From: a virus
Lineage: Duplodnaviria; Caudoviricetes
Direction: 5' to 3' (one strand)
Length of the DNA stretch: 64,000 bases
Virus record (IMG/VR): IMGVR_UViG_3300012979_000027
Span: 1 to 64,000 of that record
Shown: piece by piece, positions 6,774 to 16,754 of the stretch
How the letters are laid out: every line of letters starts with the position of its first letter
Position numbering within the stretch: position 1 is the stretch's first letter
Translations under genes and position numbers: made by a program
The notes under the pieces: model-generated
Databases searched by the model: none
What the model was told of the DNA's origin: nothing
The model's input: the letters and a program-made list of their open reading frames with translations, nothing else

Positions 6774-8723
6774 TTAAGCCTGAGGGGCAGCTGCTGTCTG
6801 ATGAACAGGATAGCTGAACTGCTGAGTATCGGTAGGAGTCATATCCTTAGCGATAGCAGGAGTAATATAACCGGCCGGATATACTTTGCGAAGACCTTCT
6901 GGAATACCAGGCTGAGCAAGAGAATCAATGATGATGCAGTGATAATAAAGCTCTGCGCCGAAAATGTTGTCAAGTACACCATAACGGGTCATGAGACCAA
7001 CCTGAGGTGTGAAGTCAACTGGGTTAACGGCTTGCTGAACCATAATCGGAATGTATGGGCAATAGATGATACCAGCATCATAGGATTCAGCACCCTTATA
7101 ACCGAGCAAGCAGTAGTTAGGAAGCTGAGAATCAGACTTCTGGAACATACCTTCATAACCGTAACCATAGTCAGAACCGTCATAAACAGCTGTACGAGTA
7201 TCAACATATACGGAGAAACGAGAACCACCGAGAGTACCAACCTTAGCAGTAGCCATGTTAGCAGTAGAAACAGAAGACTGAGCAGGCATTACAGTGAATT
7301 CATCGAGAGTCTCAAGAAGAGCAGCAACGTCAGGAGTACATACGATGAAGTTAGCCGGACCACGACGGTTGCGAGTCTGCATACGGATGGACATCTTAAC
7401 AAGGTGCTGATAGAGGGCACGATTACGTTCACCCATCCAGCGAGCATCAGCGAGAGTAGCGTCCCAGAGAGACCACTCATTCTTGCTAAGGCAGCTGTAA
7501 AGCATGCGAACGGTCATTTCACGATCGATTTCAGCCTGAAGTTCATAGCTCATCTGCTGAGTAGCTTCCTGTTCGATGTCGATACCATTAGTATTCTTGA
7601 GGTCCTCTTCAGTCTCAAGTGTCCAGGAGGTGCTGAGACGACGAGTACCAGCTTCTACAGAGCACTTCTCGAAGCCGAAAGAAGTCTTAGCGATAGCGCC
7701 AGTGCCTTCATACTGCTGCATGAGAGTAGCGATACCAGTATCCTCTGGACGGAATCTCCAACGACCACCTGCAAGAGCCTCACCAAGGCGAGCGTCGGCG
7801 CGACCAGTGAAACGGGTATCAAGCTTCTGATAACCCATTTCGGCGGACTCCATTGTCTCAAAAAGGTTACGGTCCTTACCATCAACAAGTTGTTCGCTAT
7901 GGTTCCAAGAAGAAACACCAACAACAGAAGCAGTACCGCCAGCAATTGGGAACTTATAACCAAAAGGAACAGTTACGCAATCATTTGCAGAAACTGCAAT
8001 AAGTTCAACTGTCTGAGCAGTAGGATAGCCCTGACCATCAATAAGAGAAAGTGTACCCTTACCAGCAGTGCGCTTAGTAGCATCATCATTCCATACAGGA
8101 GCATCATCTACCTTAAGAGTAGCCTTAGTCTCAATACCCTTAATGCCATGAGCAGGATAAACCGTATCCTGATAACCCTTAGCATAACCTGGGAAATTAG
8201 GATTAGTGTTCTTAGTTGTCATATCATAACCACCATCAGGATGAAGAGTAGTCTTAGTGGCATCAGCTGCATGAACATGCTTAGTATCGGAATCACCAGC
8301 GTGAAGAGCACCCTTGAGGTACTTGTAACGAAGAGCAAAACCAAGAGCTACAGGACCCGGCATCGGCTGAACACCAACAACCTCATTGGACATAAGGGCC
8401 GGATAGATACGACGAACCATTGGGATAAGGATGCGAGGAAGGCGGTTGTCACCAGGAGCATAACCATCTGTAGCATTAAGAGCACCACCTTGAAGACCGT
8501 TCTGAGGTCCGAAGATGGAGGTATTAGTAGCAGCCTCCTTAAGGTAACGATACTGGTTCTCAAGGAGCATAGCGGTAGACTCCTTAGCAGCCTTAGTGCG
8601 AATAGCACCGAAGTCCTTAGTATTCTCAAGGAGACGCTTCCAGCGGAATACAGCCTTCTTGGTGCGTTCACCATTTTGCTGTGTCAACGTCTTTTTGAAA
8701 TTTTCTTTATCAATTAAAGCCAT
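6774..8723 (-). CDS. gp23: Major capsid protein, T4 gp23-like
   Basis: Motifs LLENQ, IPMVRR, VGVQPM, EIDRE, YKG..YDAGIIYCPYIP, F.P.VGLMTRYG. Confidence 0.97.
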   Translation of the reverse strand: MALIDKENFKKTLTQQNGERTKKAVFRWKRLLENTKDFGAIRTKAAKESTAMLLENQYRYLKEAATNTSIFGPQNGLQGGALNATDGYAPGDNRLPRILIPMVRRIYPALMSNEVVGVQPMPGPVALGFALRYKYLKGALHAGDSDTKHVHAADATKTTLHPDGGYDMTTKNTNPNFPGYAKGYQDTVYPAHGIKGIETKATLKVDDAPVWNDDATKRTAGKGTLSLIDGQGYPTAQTVELIAVSANDCVTVPFGYKFPIAGGTASVVGVSSWNHSEQLVDGKDRNLFETMESAEMGYQKLDTRFTGRADARLGEALAGGRWRFRPEDTGIATLMQQYEGTGAIAKTSFGFEKCSVEAGTRRLSTSWTLETEEDLKNTNGIDIEQEATQQMSYELQAEIDREMTVRMLYSCLSKNEWSLWDATLADARWMGERNRALYQHLVKMSIRMQTRNRRGPANFIVCTPDVAALLETLDEFTVMPAQSSVSTANMATAKVGTLGGSRFSVYVDTRTAVYDGSDYGYGYEGMFQKSDSQLPNYCLLGYKGAESYDAGIIYCPYIPIMVQQAVNPVDFTPQVGLMTRYGVLDNIFGAELYYHCIIIDSLAQPGIPEGLRKVYPAGYITPAIAKDMTPTDTQQFSYPVHQTAAAPQA

Positions 8724-8807
8724 AATATTAAAATGTTGTTTTAAATTTTGTGATTTTATAAACTCAAGTCAATTAAGACTTCATGTACTTGTTATAAAAA
8801 CTAATTG

Positions 8808-8815
8808 TATTTATA
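8808..8815 (-). promoter_or_regulatory. T4-type late promoter TATAAATA
   Basis: Exact consensus upstream of the capsid gene. Confidence 0.7.
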
Positions 8816-8826
8816 CTTAAAACTGA

Positions 8827-9762
8827 TTAATCTTGCCAATCGGCTTCGATTACATCAATTAAACTATTTAAATCTCTATCTTCTGTAAGCATCTGCGAAC
8901 GAGAGGAAGCAGTTTTCTCAGCTAAAGTACGGCGAGAAACATTTTGAAGCTTAGTGCGCTTACGGTTGTTCATTTCCTTAGCAGCAAGTTCCTTTCTCTC
9001 ATTGATGAGTTTCTTTTCATAAAGATTCGTGATATAAGCCATATTTTCGTTTACATAACCTACACCAGCCTTCTTAGCCATACGAATTGCAAAATTTTTC
9101 TGGTCTTCATCAAGCTGAGCAATGTTACGTTCGAAGGCATAAGATTCAGCCATCTCATCGAGCTGTTTTTGTGTATTAGCATGAGCAGCTTTCTCAGCTT
9201 CTGCAGCATTTTTAGCTTCTTGAAGCATTGTGTGGCCTTCTATGATTGCCTTACGAATGGAAGCATTAGAAGTAGCTTCATTTACATTAAGAATATGCTT
9301 AAAGCTTTCGAGAACCTTCATAGCAGAATCATTCTTAACTGCAGCCTTTACCTCAGCATAAGGAACGAGCTTATCAACACGAGCATCGATATACTTAGAT
9401 ACAGACTCAACAAGTTTGTTCTTAAATTTGAGAGCTTCACGGCCGAGCTGATTCTTGTAATAGTTGCGAACCTTAGCAATATTGGACTCATACTTTTCGT
9501 TAAGGTGAGAAACAACCTTTTCAAGACCAATCTTGTGCGCTTCTTCAATCTTATGAACAAGCTCGGTTGTCTGCTTATTAACCTCTTCGTCAAGAGAAGC
9601 CTCTGCAGCAGCAGTAGCAATAGACAAACGTTCAGCGACCTTAGATTCTACAAGTCTCTCAAATTCTTCCTTGAGGGCAGAAAGTGATTCCTCAGAAAGG
9701 TTCTTTACAAGAGCTTCTGGAAGCAATTCTGCGATATTATTTGTATTATCTTTCTTGGACAT
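8827..9762 (-). CDS. gp22: Prohead core scaffold protein, gp22-like
   Basis: Glu/Lys-rich helical protein between protease and capsid genes. Confidence 0.8.
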   Translation of the reverse strand: MSKKDNTNNIAELLPEALVKNLSEESLSALKEEFERLVESKVAERLSIATAAAEASLDEEVNKQTTELVHKIEEAHKIGLEKVVSHLNEKYESNIAKVRNYYKNQLGREALKFKNKLVESVSKYIDARVDKLVPYAEVKAAVKNDSAMKVLESFKHILNVNEATSNASIRKAIIEGHTMLQEAKNAAEAEKAAHANTQKQLDEMAESYAFERNIAQLDEDQKNFAIRMAKKAGVGYVNENMAYITNLYEKKLINERKELAAKEMNNRKRTKLQNVSRRTLAEKTASSRSQMLTEDRDLNSLIDVIEADWQD

Positions 9763-9777
9763 TGTGTTATAAAAAGT

Positions 9778-9957
9778 TTAAATTAAATCTTCGCTTTGTG
9801 CAACCTTTTTAATCTTAGCACTAATACGATTATTTACCATCTCTCTAAGGGCAGCAGTTGCCCCCTTCTTATCTTTAGACATAATAGAATCAATGAACTT
9901 AGTTGCAAGAAGTTTACTCTGCTCACTGATAATATTCTTTTTAGAAACTTTACTCAT
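9778..9957 (-). CDS. Small prohead core protein, gp67-like (absent from the ORF track)
   Basis: 59 aa: MSKVSKKNIISEQSKLLATKFIDSIMSKDKKGATAALREMVNNRISAKIKKVAQSEDLI; position in head operon. Confidence 0.6.
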   Translation of the reverse strand: MSKVSKKNIISEQSKLLATKFIDSIMSKDKKGATAALREMVNNRISAKIKKVAQSEDLI

Positions 9958-9961
9958 AAAA

Positions 9962-10627
9962 TTATTTTAAGTTACGCATGAAATTTAATATTTGTTCGCG
10001 AAGATACTTATCAAGGTCATGTTTAGGAAGTTTAATAAGAGAATCTTCAAGGTTTTCAAAAACTTCTTCAAATCGGTTATCTTTATCACAGTACCATTGT
10101 TTAGACTCTAAAATACCTTCTACGAAAGCAGATTGAGAGCTAGGGTCAGAAACAATATCAAAGGTACAAAGTTTGAGGTTTGATACAATACCACTCTTCG
10201 GGTCTACCTGCCCAAGAGAACGAGAAGAAACGCCGACCATGCCACCTGCTTCAATAATAATTTCTACAGTTTTACCTGTTTCAGTCGGAAGAATCTTGGA
10301 TTTACCATAAAAGATATTTCCATCCTGTTTTAATTCAGTAATCATGTGACAAGCGTTCTTGAGATTAATCTGCGGATACTCAGGATGTTCCAACTCACCA
10401 TATGCACGGTTACGAGTTACGTAGTTTTCATTGAACTCATTAATCTGTTGAGCAAGTTCATGAAGAGGATAGATACGATGATTGCGATTACGACGGTCCG
10501 CTTCAGTAAAGGGACCTTTAATGTAAAGAGTCTTAGGTGCGCCAGCATTCTCGGACTCTTTAATAAATTCATAGTCGCGAGTATCATATTGGCAGTTTTC
10601 ACCAATCAAATTTAATGCGATTGCCAT
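9962..10627 (-). CDS. gp21: Prohead protease, T4 gp21-like
   Basis: NRNHRIYP, GELEHP, GVSSRSLG, DIVSDPS. Confidence 0.95.
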   Translation of the reverse strand: MAIALNLIGENCQYDTRDYEFIKESENAGAPKTLYIKGPFTEADRRNRNHRIYPLHELAQQINEFNENYVTRNRAYGELEHPEYPQINLKNACHMITELKQDGNIFYGKSKILPTETGKTVEIIIEAGGMVGVSSRSLGQVDPKSGIVSNLKLCTFDIVSDPSSQSAFVEGILESKQWYCDKDNRFEEVFENLEDSLIKLPKHDLDKYLREQILNFMRNLK

Positions 10628-10629
10628 GT

Positions 10630-11094
10630 CTATTTTATATTTAAGTCCTTTTCTGTTAAAATATGAAACTCACAGCCCTTTGAAGCAGCAAATTTTCTGG
10701 CAGATTCCCATTTTGCTGTATTTTTAGCGAACTCACGACATTCATTCAGATAAGTGGATTGTTTACGACGTTTAGACCAAACCGGTTGAACCGTTTGCTT
10801 ATAGGGCTTGAGTTCTATAATAAATTTCTTAATATCATCACCATTTTTAAAGACAACGAAAATATCAATATAATATTTGTGCCATTTGTCTTCGAAATAA
10901 TAAGGAACAACTATTTCTTCAGAACCCCATCTCAAAACATTCGGATTGGAATCGAGAATTCGAAAATAATCCAATTCGAGTCCGGAACGATAATATGCAA
11001 ATCCATCTTTTCCTAAAAGTTTTTCAGGGTGCTTCGGTTTGAATACACCCTGCTTAAATTTTTTAGAACGCCCATTTAAAGCAAGTTGGCCCAT
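10630..11094 (-). CDS. gp4: Head completion nuclease, T4 gp4-like (TnsA-type fold)
   Basis: YRSGLE, WGSEE..VPY, YYIDI, IELKP, AKWESA, ILTE. Confidence 0.9.
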   Translation of the reverse strand: MGQLALNGRSKKFKQGVFKPKHPEKLLGKDGFAYYRSGLELDYFRILDSNPNVLRWGSEEIVVPYYFEDKWHKYYIDIFVVFKNGDDIKKFIIELKPYKQTVQPVWSKRRKQSTYLNECREFAKNTAKWESARKFAASKGCEFHILTEKDLNIK

Positions 11095-11435
11095 TACTTA
11101 GAAAGAGAGTTATTAACTATCTTTGACCAAGATTCAACTAATTGCTCTTCTTTAGTTGGTTTTTTAGTAAACTTATTTTTAAGTTTATTCATCCCAGAAG
11201 TAGCAAGATGTTTAGCACCTGCTCGTACTGCTTTATCTTTAGCAAGGTCTTTAGCTGTATTAACAGCTGCCCTTACCGCACTCTTACCGAATTTTTTAAT
11301 GCCTGCTTTTGCTGCTTTTTTAAAAAGTTTTTTACCGGCGTATTTAAGAAGAGGTTTACCAACAGTACGAAGAACTGCACCACCTGCAGCAGCAAGAGCC
11401 GGAGCTATTTCATTAAGCTGTTTATCTTTAGACAT
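11094..11435 (-). CDS. Basic Ala/Lys-rich protein, possibly head-packaged
   Basis: QLNE candidate gp21 cleavage site followed by a basic region. Confidence 0.65.
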   Translation of the reverse strand: MSKDKQLNEIAPALAAAGGAVLRTVGKPLLKYAGKKLFKKAAKAGIKKFGKSAVRAAVNTAKDLAKDKAVRAGAKHLATSGMNKLKNKFTKKPTKEEQLVESWSKIVNNSLSK

Positions 11436-11444
11436 ATATTTTAT

Positions 11445-13601
11445 TTAGGTGGGACGAACGAATGCGCGAAGAGAAGAGAGCCTCGGTTGAAGTTTCATTA
11501 CTTTTTTATAAGCAGACTCGATGAACTTTGCCTGTTGTTTTTTAGTTGCTCGGGGGATAGTATCATCATTATCAAACTCATTTTTAAGACGTTGCATGTC
11601 AGCAAGGAAACCCGGAAGCTCTTTAAGATAAGGTACTTCAAAGTGAATCTTAGCATCGGGCGCCTTGAGAAGTTGATATACTTTTTCACGTTTTTGAAAA
11701 CCGGTAATTAACTTCAAGAACTCTGCAATACGACTCATAAATGCATCCTGAGATTTCCAGTAGGCTTTCTTATTTTCTGCCCAGTTGAAATTAGTCGCTC
11801 CGTACTTATTACCATTAATTTCGAATACGATACCCTCTACCTCTGAATCCGGAAGACCGAGAACTGAGCCCTTCTTACAGATTTCTCTGGAAAATGCATC
11901 AGCGATTGCCTGACGAAGTTCCTTAAAGTGCGGCTTGCATTCCTTAGTAAGAAGAACTGATGGCTCCTGGAATATGCGATTCATCATTTCGGTATCATAA
12001 TCTATAAGAATGTCTATCTGACCCTTCCAGGCAAAATTAGTGTCATCATAAATCCTGAATTCCGGATTAGAAAGACCCTTGAATGACTTGATAATATCCT
12101 TCTTGACATTATCCTCTAATTTTATGAGTTGACCGTCCGGAGAGATACCAGAAACATCAAATATTACCATCGCCCCGATTCTTCCCATCTTTTTCGAGTC
12201 ATATTTAGTTGCTACGAATGTTACACCAGAATCATCGTCCACAATTTCGGGGTCATTCATATAAAAGAGCTCACCTGTAATCTTATACCAGGAATTGGCG
12301 CGTTTTGCAATGGATAAGAGATTAGATGATTCCTGATTCTGAAAATAAAGAAGCGTCTCTCTGAAGGATTCCTGACGCGTCGCCCCCGGATTGAATACTA
12401 CACCGGAATATGAAGATTCGATACCGATTTTACCATCATAACATATGATACGTACTCCCTGTCCGTCTGCCTTCTCGGAAGTATTAAATTCCGAAAGGTC
12501 AAACTTCTTAGAATCAATGACGCCTCTTTCCTTCAAAGCATTTAAGAACTCAATGAACTCATCCACCTTCATCTGATGAATCTTTGTCATCGACTTGCGC
12601 GGACTATCAAAAGTAGTCTGAGAACGCTCCCAGAGTAAAGAAGATTCATTTAACGGGGAATTAACAAACTCATCAAAGTACGGCGGATAATCTATACCGG
12701 ATTTCGTGAGAGACTTGATTGTATTTTGAACGATACGTTTACGCGCCTTCGGATAAGGAAATTCAGGAGCCATCATCGCATCCCAAATCTGCTTCGCCGA
12801 AATTAAATCATCCGGATTAACATCCTTACCGAAAAATAATTTTGCAATCGCCTCCGGATTAGATTCAATCAACTCACGACCGATTGTCCATTTATTCGCT
12901 TTACGTTTACCAGTCTTAGGACTGAGAAAAGACTGTTTAATACGATAAAGTCCCTTCATGCCATTAAAAATAGTACGTTCAAATTCCAAATCTTCAATTT
13001 CCCCGGTCAACTCATTCGCCTGCTGCTTCAGGGCCTTATAATCTATCTCATTCGCAATCCAATAAAGAAGTTCACCGCGAACCGCTCCTTTATACTGTTC
13101 AACAGACTGATGAGGAGAAGCCATCCCCCACGCAGTCATCTTTAAATTATCAGAAGGCATAATATCCAGCTGAACAGTTGCACCCTCCTGCTGACCATCA
13201 ATATTAGAAATCGGAAACCCGATAGAAACAATTCCGAGTCCCTTAAGATAATTGTACGGATAACCCAGACGCTCCGCACATTGTACCAGAAACTCATAAA
13301 GCTCTTTATTATCCTTCAGACGATTAACTCTCTTAATAACATTAGCATCCACTGCAAGGTCCATATCTCCCGAAGTACCGCCAGGAAGTTTCTTACCCGT
13401 AGAACCCAGAAGAGCAGTATTAGTCTTAGTAATACCCAAGAGAGGAAGAAGTTTCTTATAAACCTCATCCATCGTCGCTTTGACATTCTCTTGATTAATA
13501 CGAGAGACGCCTTCAACTGCATTTCCACCTTCTGTAATAAGAGAAATCTTCCCGCGTATCGGCGCGTGTGAAAGTATCTTATGAATTTCTGAGATTAACA
13601 T
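11445..13601 (-). CDS. Two-domain protein: pol-beta-family nucleotidyltransferase plus ligase-like (KxDG) domain
   Basis: LLGSTGK..SGDMDLAV, VQLDIM; SEKADG, TGELF, EGIV; ITE/GGN and LNE candidate cleavage sites. Confidence 0.7.
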   Translation of the reverse strand: MLISEIHKILSHAPIRGKISLITEGGNAVEGVSRINQENVKATMDEVYKKLLPLLGITKTNTALLGSTGKKLPGGTSGDMDLAVDANVIKRVNRLKDNKELYEFLVQCAERLGYPYNYLKGLGIVSIGFPISNIDGQQEGATVQLDIMPSDNLKMTAWGMASPHQSVEQYKGAVRGELLYWIANEIDYKALKQQANELTGEIEDLEFERTIFNGMKGLYRIKQSFLSPKTGKRKANKWTIGRELIESNPEAIAKLFFGKDVNPDDLISAKQIWDAMMAPEFPYPKARKRIVQNTIKSLTKSGIDYPPYFDEFVNSPLNESSLLWERSQTTFDSPRKSMTKIHQMKVDEFIEFLNALKERGVIDSKKFDLSEFNTSEKADGQGVRIICYDGKIGIESSYSGVVFNPGATRQESFRETLLYFQNQESSNLLSIAKRANSWYKITGELFYMNDPEIVDDDSGVTFVATKYDSKKMGRIGAMVIFDVSGISPDGQLIKLEDNVKKDIIKSFKGLSNPEFRIYDDTNFAWKGQIDILIDYDTEMMNRIFQEPSVLLTKECKPHFKELRQAIADAFSREICKKGSVLGLPDSEVEGIVFEINGNKYGATNFNWAENKKAYWKSQDAFMSRIAEFLKLITGFQKREKVYQLLKAPDAKIHFEVPYLKELPGFLADMQRLKNEFDNDDTIPRATKKQQAKFIESAYKKVMKLQPRLSSLRAFVRPT

Positions 13602-13628
13602 TTGAAAAATATTTAAAATACTTAATCG

Positions 13629-14133
13629 TTAATTAAAAGAAAACTTTTTCAAATAATCGAATATCTTTTTTGCATAGATATTCTTATCTATATTCAGGGC
13701 AGTTGCCCATCCCTTTTGAATATAATAATCACTCTTAGGATTATCTTCACTTCTCATGTGTAAAAATTTTATTTCCGGAATAGATACAAATATATTATCT
13801 TTCTTTTTAAGAATTTTAACGATAGCTTCATTGCGATATCCGCTTATCAACAGGAGAAGGAGCACTCTTATCAAACGGTGCAACTTCAATAATCTTATAA
13901 GTATTATCATCTATCTGCTCAACCCACTTCTTAGCATCACTTCTAACAGGTTTTCTTAAAATATGGGCGGCAAGAGCAAAACGGTCATTTGAGTTATGAG
14001 CTATTTTTCTGTCATAAAGTTTTGCATTATTCAGTCGTTCCTGAAAAAGAGATTTAATATCAGATTCATCAGTTTCAATGCCAGCAGCTTCATTTAGAAT
14101 TAAAGTTATTAACCTATCTACTTCGGTATTCAT
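13629..14133 (-). pseudogene. Gene split by a +1 frameshift; paralog of 20497..20922
   Basis: The two overlapping ORFs align consecutively with the intact paralog. Confidence 0.5.
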
Positions 14134-14194
14134 TGTAAAGATATTTATATTTTTCCAAAAATTACGATAGGGAAACTTTTTCGGAAAATGTGGT

Positions 14195-14480
14195 AGAGAA
14201 AATTTTGTAAAAATTATAAAAGAGAAAATTTTCGGAAATCGTAAAAGAGAAAATTTTCGGAAATTGCAACGGTCCCACCCGCGGCCTTCCTGAACTTTTT
14301 TCCTAACGGTTCCACACCTGTTGCATTTTCTAATACAGCTCCCCGGGGGCAGCAAATCCCCCACCCGTTCCCGGCAAATAGTCCCAATTCCCGGGAGAGT
14401 TCCATTTCCCGGAAAAACCCCGGCTCCTGGGAAAACCCCTGCTCCGGTCCTGACTCCTGCTCCCGAAATTTACCCAGCTC
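14195..14480. repeat. Direct repeats at a strand switch
   Basis: TAAAAGAGAAAATTTTCGGAAAT twice (25-bp period) plus a degenerate copy; then ~18-bp GCTCC-periodic C-rich tract. Confidence 0.7.
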
Positions 14481-14634
14481 CCAATAAAGCTTTACTCCAA
14501 TCTCCTCTCAGAACACCTGTAATCTATGTTCATGATTGCTGCGGTAATTGAGAAGCTACTGGGTTTTATTCTCTTCTACTCCTGTGCATCTGGTGCGCCT
14601 GTTCCGCAGCTTATGAACTCTACATTCGATTAAC

Positions 14635-15015
14635 ATGATTGCATACATTACAGTCCAGCCTACCTCCAATCCCGATACATTCCGTATCTCTCTGACAAAC
14701 CATACTGATACGCTCCGTATCGTTGAGTTGTATTCCCGAAACACCGGGATGGATGATACCAAGTACCCGGATTATCTTTCTGAGCATGAGATTATTTCCC
14801 AGGTGATTGCTGGGGTCAGTACCATCAAGGGTATCGTTGCCCAAGCTAAAGTCAGTTCCCGTGTTTACGATGAAGAGTCGGATGATTACCTGGATTCTTC
14901 GGGTTGGGAAGCTCACTTCAAATTGTATAACCAGATTCTTAAGTTTGTTTCCGTGGACCATCCCGAATCTTCTAATGATAATCCCGAAGAATCAGAGTCC
15001 CAATCCTCCTGCTAA
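14635..15015 (+). CDS. Hypothetical protein
   Basis: 126-aa ORF heading a plus-strand operon. Confidence 0.75.
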   Translation: MIAYITVQPTSNPDTFRISLTNHTDTLRIVELYSRNTGMDDTKYPDYLSEHEIISQVIAGVSTIKGIVAQAKVSSRVYDEESDDYLDSSGWEAHFKLYNQILKFVSVDHPESSNDNPEESESQSSC

Positions 15016-15037
15016 CCTTTAACTCCCAAACTTTCCG

Positions 15038-15334
15038 ATGTCTTTCCTTATCTTTCTCGGGATTCTGGGTGGCTCCTTTTTTATTACTGTCTCCCTCATT
15101 TCCCTGCTAATGGTATTCTTGGCCCTGAATGATAAAGATTTTGTTTCAGCCACTGAAGCTTTTATAGCCTTCGGGTTCTCAGCTTTATTCGGAGTCCTTA
15201 TTCTCTCCCAGACCCGAGAAGCTCTCAATCTTCAGCCGCCGACTCGAGACATTCACCTGACCGTTCCCAAAGATTCCTCAGTAAATGCCCAGGTGACCTC
15301 TGGCAGTAACACCGTAAACATCACTGACATATGA
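15038..15334 (+). CDS. Membrane protein, VPKDSSVNAQ family
   Basis: Two TM segments plus conserved tail. Confidence 0.8.
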   Translation: MSFLIFLGILGGSFFITVSLISLLMVFLALNDKDFVSATEAFIAFGFSALFGVLILSQTREALNLQPPTRDIHLTVPKDSSVNAQVTSGSNTVNITDI

Positions 15335-15645
15335 TAATTCTTTTTTATGTAATTATTTCTATTTTTCTGGGTATTTCAGGTTTTACTGGTCGCCCATTCT
15401 TTTTCCTTCTCTTACCGTTATCGATTCCTTTTTCCTTAGCCCTGATTGTTCTTAGTCCCAGTGAAGAAAAACCGCATTCAGACACACCTTCTGTTGTCCA
15501 GCACCATCATAAAGCTTGTAGGTGTCGTCATCACCAAGTCTTTGAACCTAGCCAACGTAAAGTTGAACTGCTAGTTCCCAAAGATTCCTCGGTAAATGCC
15601 CAGATAACTTCCGGGAATAACATCGTAAACATCACTGACCTATGA
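15331..15645 (+). CDS. Membrane protein, VPKDSSVNAQ family
   Basis: TM segments plus near-identical tail; ATGA overlaps. Confidence 0.8.
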   Translation: MIILFYVIISIFLGISGFTGRPFFFLLLPLSIPFSLALIVLSPSEEKPHSDTPSVVQHHHKACRCRHHQVFEPSQRKVELLVPKDSSVNAQITSGNNIVNITDL

Positions 15646-16004
15646 TAATCATCTCCGCATTCTTCTTAATTCTCCTGATTCTTATCTCAGCAGCCTGGTT
15701 CATTGTTCCTCTCTGCATGTTCATCACCGAACTTTACGATGACATTACCAGAAGTTTACGATGGGGTAAGCGTTTCCCGTTAGGTGCGACTATCGGATTT
15801 GCTCTGGCATTGATTCCTGCTTTCTTCATTTCTGCAGGTGCTGTTCTCGGTATCGGTTCTGAACTGTATTTCCTCTGGAATCCCGAGAAACGTCCGAAAG
15901 AACCTCAGAAACCCCGAAAGGTTCTCATCGAAGTTCCTGAAAAAGTCCAGGTTCACACCGAGTTCAGACTTCATGATACTGTAATTGGGAAGGAGGTTCT
16001 CTGA
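15642..16004 (+). CDS. Membrane protein, same family
   Basis: Two TM segments plus RKVLIEVPEKVQV tail. Confidence 0.8.
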   Translation: MIIISAFFLILLILISAAWFIVPLCMFITELYDDITRSLRWGKRFPLGATIGFALALIPAFFISAGAVLGIGSELYFLWNPEKRPKEPQKPRKVLIEVPEKVQVHTEFRLHDTVIGKEVL

Positions 16005-16255
16005 TGTCTCGAATCCCGAGTTCTTCAGGAGATTCTTCCCAAGTAAGTTTTGATTTTTTCGAAGCGTTCGTCCTTATTTTTCTGATGATTCTCCCTGGAA
16101 TTCTTGCTGCGTTCATCGCGTTCCTCCTTGCCAATATCCCAGAAGTCTCAGAATCTCCCAGGAATCGTCAGGTGATTCTGGACGTCCCCCAGACTTCCCG
16201 AGTGGATGCCCAGGTGACTTCTGAGAACACGACACTGAATCTCCAGAACCTTTAA
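16004..16255 (+). CDS. Membrane protein, same family
   Basis: TM segment plus RQVILDVPQTSRVDAQV tail. Confidence 0.8.
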   Translation: MSRIPSSSGDSSQVSFDFFEAFVLIFLMILPGILAAFIAFLLANIPEVSESPRNRQVILDVPQTSRVDAQVTSENTTLNLQNL

Positions 16256-16259
16256 CACT

Positions 16260-16577
16260 ATGAATCCCATTTCCATTATTACCGGTCTGGGTATCATCCT
16301 CCTGACAATCGGTGCTCTTTCTCTCTGTTTCTTTCCTCATCAGTGTTCCCCAGAAGACTGGGATACCGGTCCTCCTGCGAATCCATTTGAGATTGCCATG
16401 TTCTCATCTGGGATTTTGTTTCTTTTTCTGGGATTGTCGTTAGCGTATCTCAGTCCTCCTTATTCCCGAATACCGAATCCCAATCCCCGAAAGGTGGAAC
16501 TGGTGATTCCCGGTGATGTCCAGATGAATGCCGAAATTATCCGAGAAGATACCCGAATACACCTGAAAGATTTATGA
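16260..16577 (+). CDS. Membrane protein, same family
   Basis: Two TM segments plus RKVELVIPGDVQMNA tail. Confidence 0.8.
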   Translation: MNPISIITGLGIILLTIGALSLCFFPHQCSPEDWDTGPPANPFEIAMFSSGILFLFLGLSLAYLSPPYSRIPNPNPRKVELVIPGDVQMNAEIIREDTRIHLKDL

Positions 16578-16754
16578 CTAAATGCCAGCAACTCTCAAAA
16601 CGTAAACAGAAAGAACCCAGATACTTCCAGAAACTCGTGGAAATAGTCCAAGAAGCTATTTCTACTCCCGAGAAGTCGCAAATCATTCTGCTACCTCCCG
16701 ATAAGGAAAATCAAAAGAAACTGGGGAAATACAGAAAGACTGACCCGTGAAAAT

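Noticed and set aside
6801-8717. 638-aa plus-strand ORF (likewise 8944..9687, 18901..19989, 22119..22793)
   Set aside because: Antisense shadows of real genes with biased codon use; no recognisable motifs.
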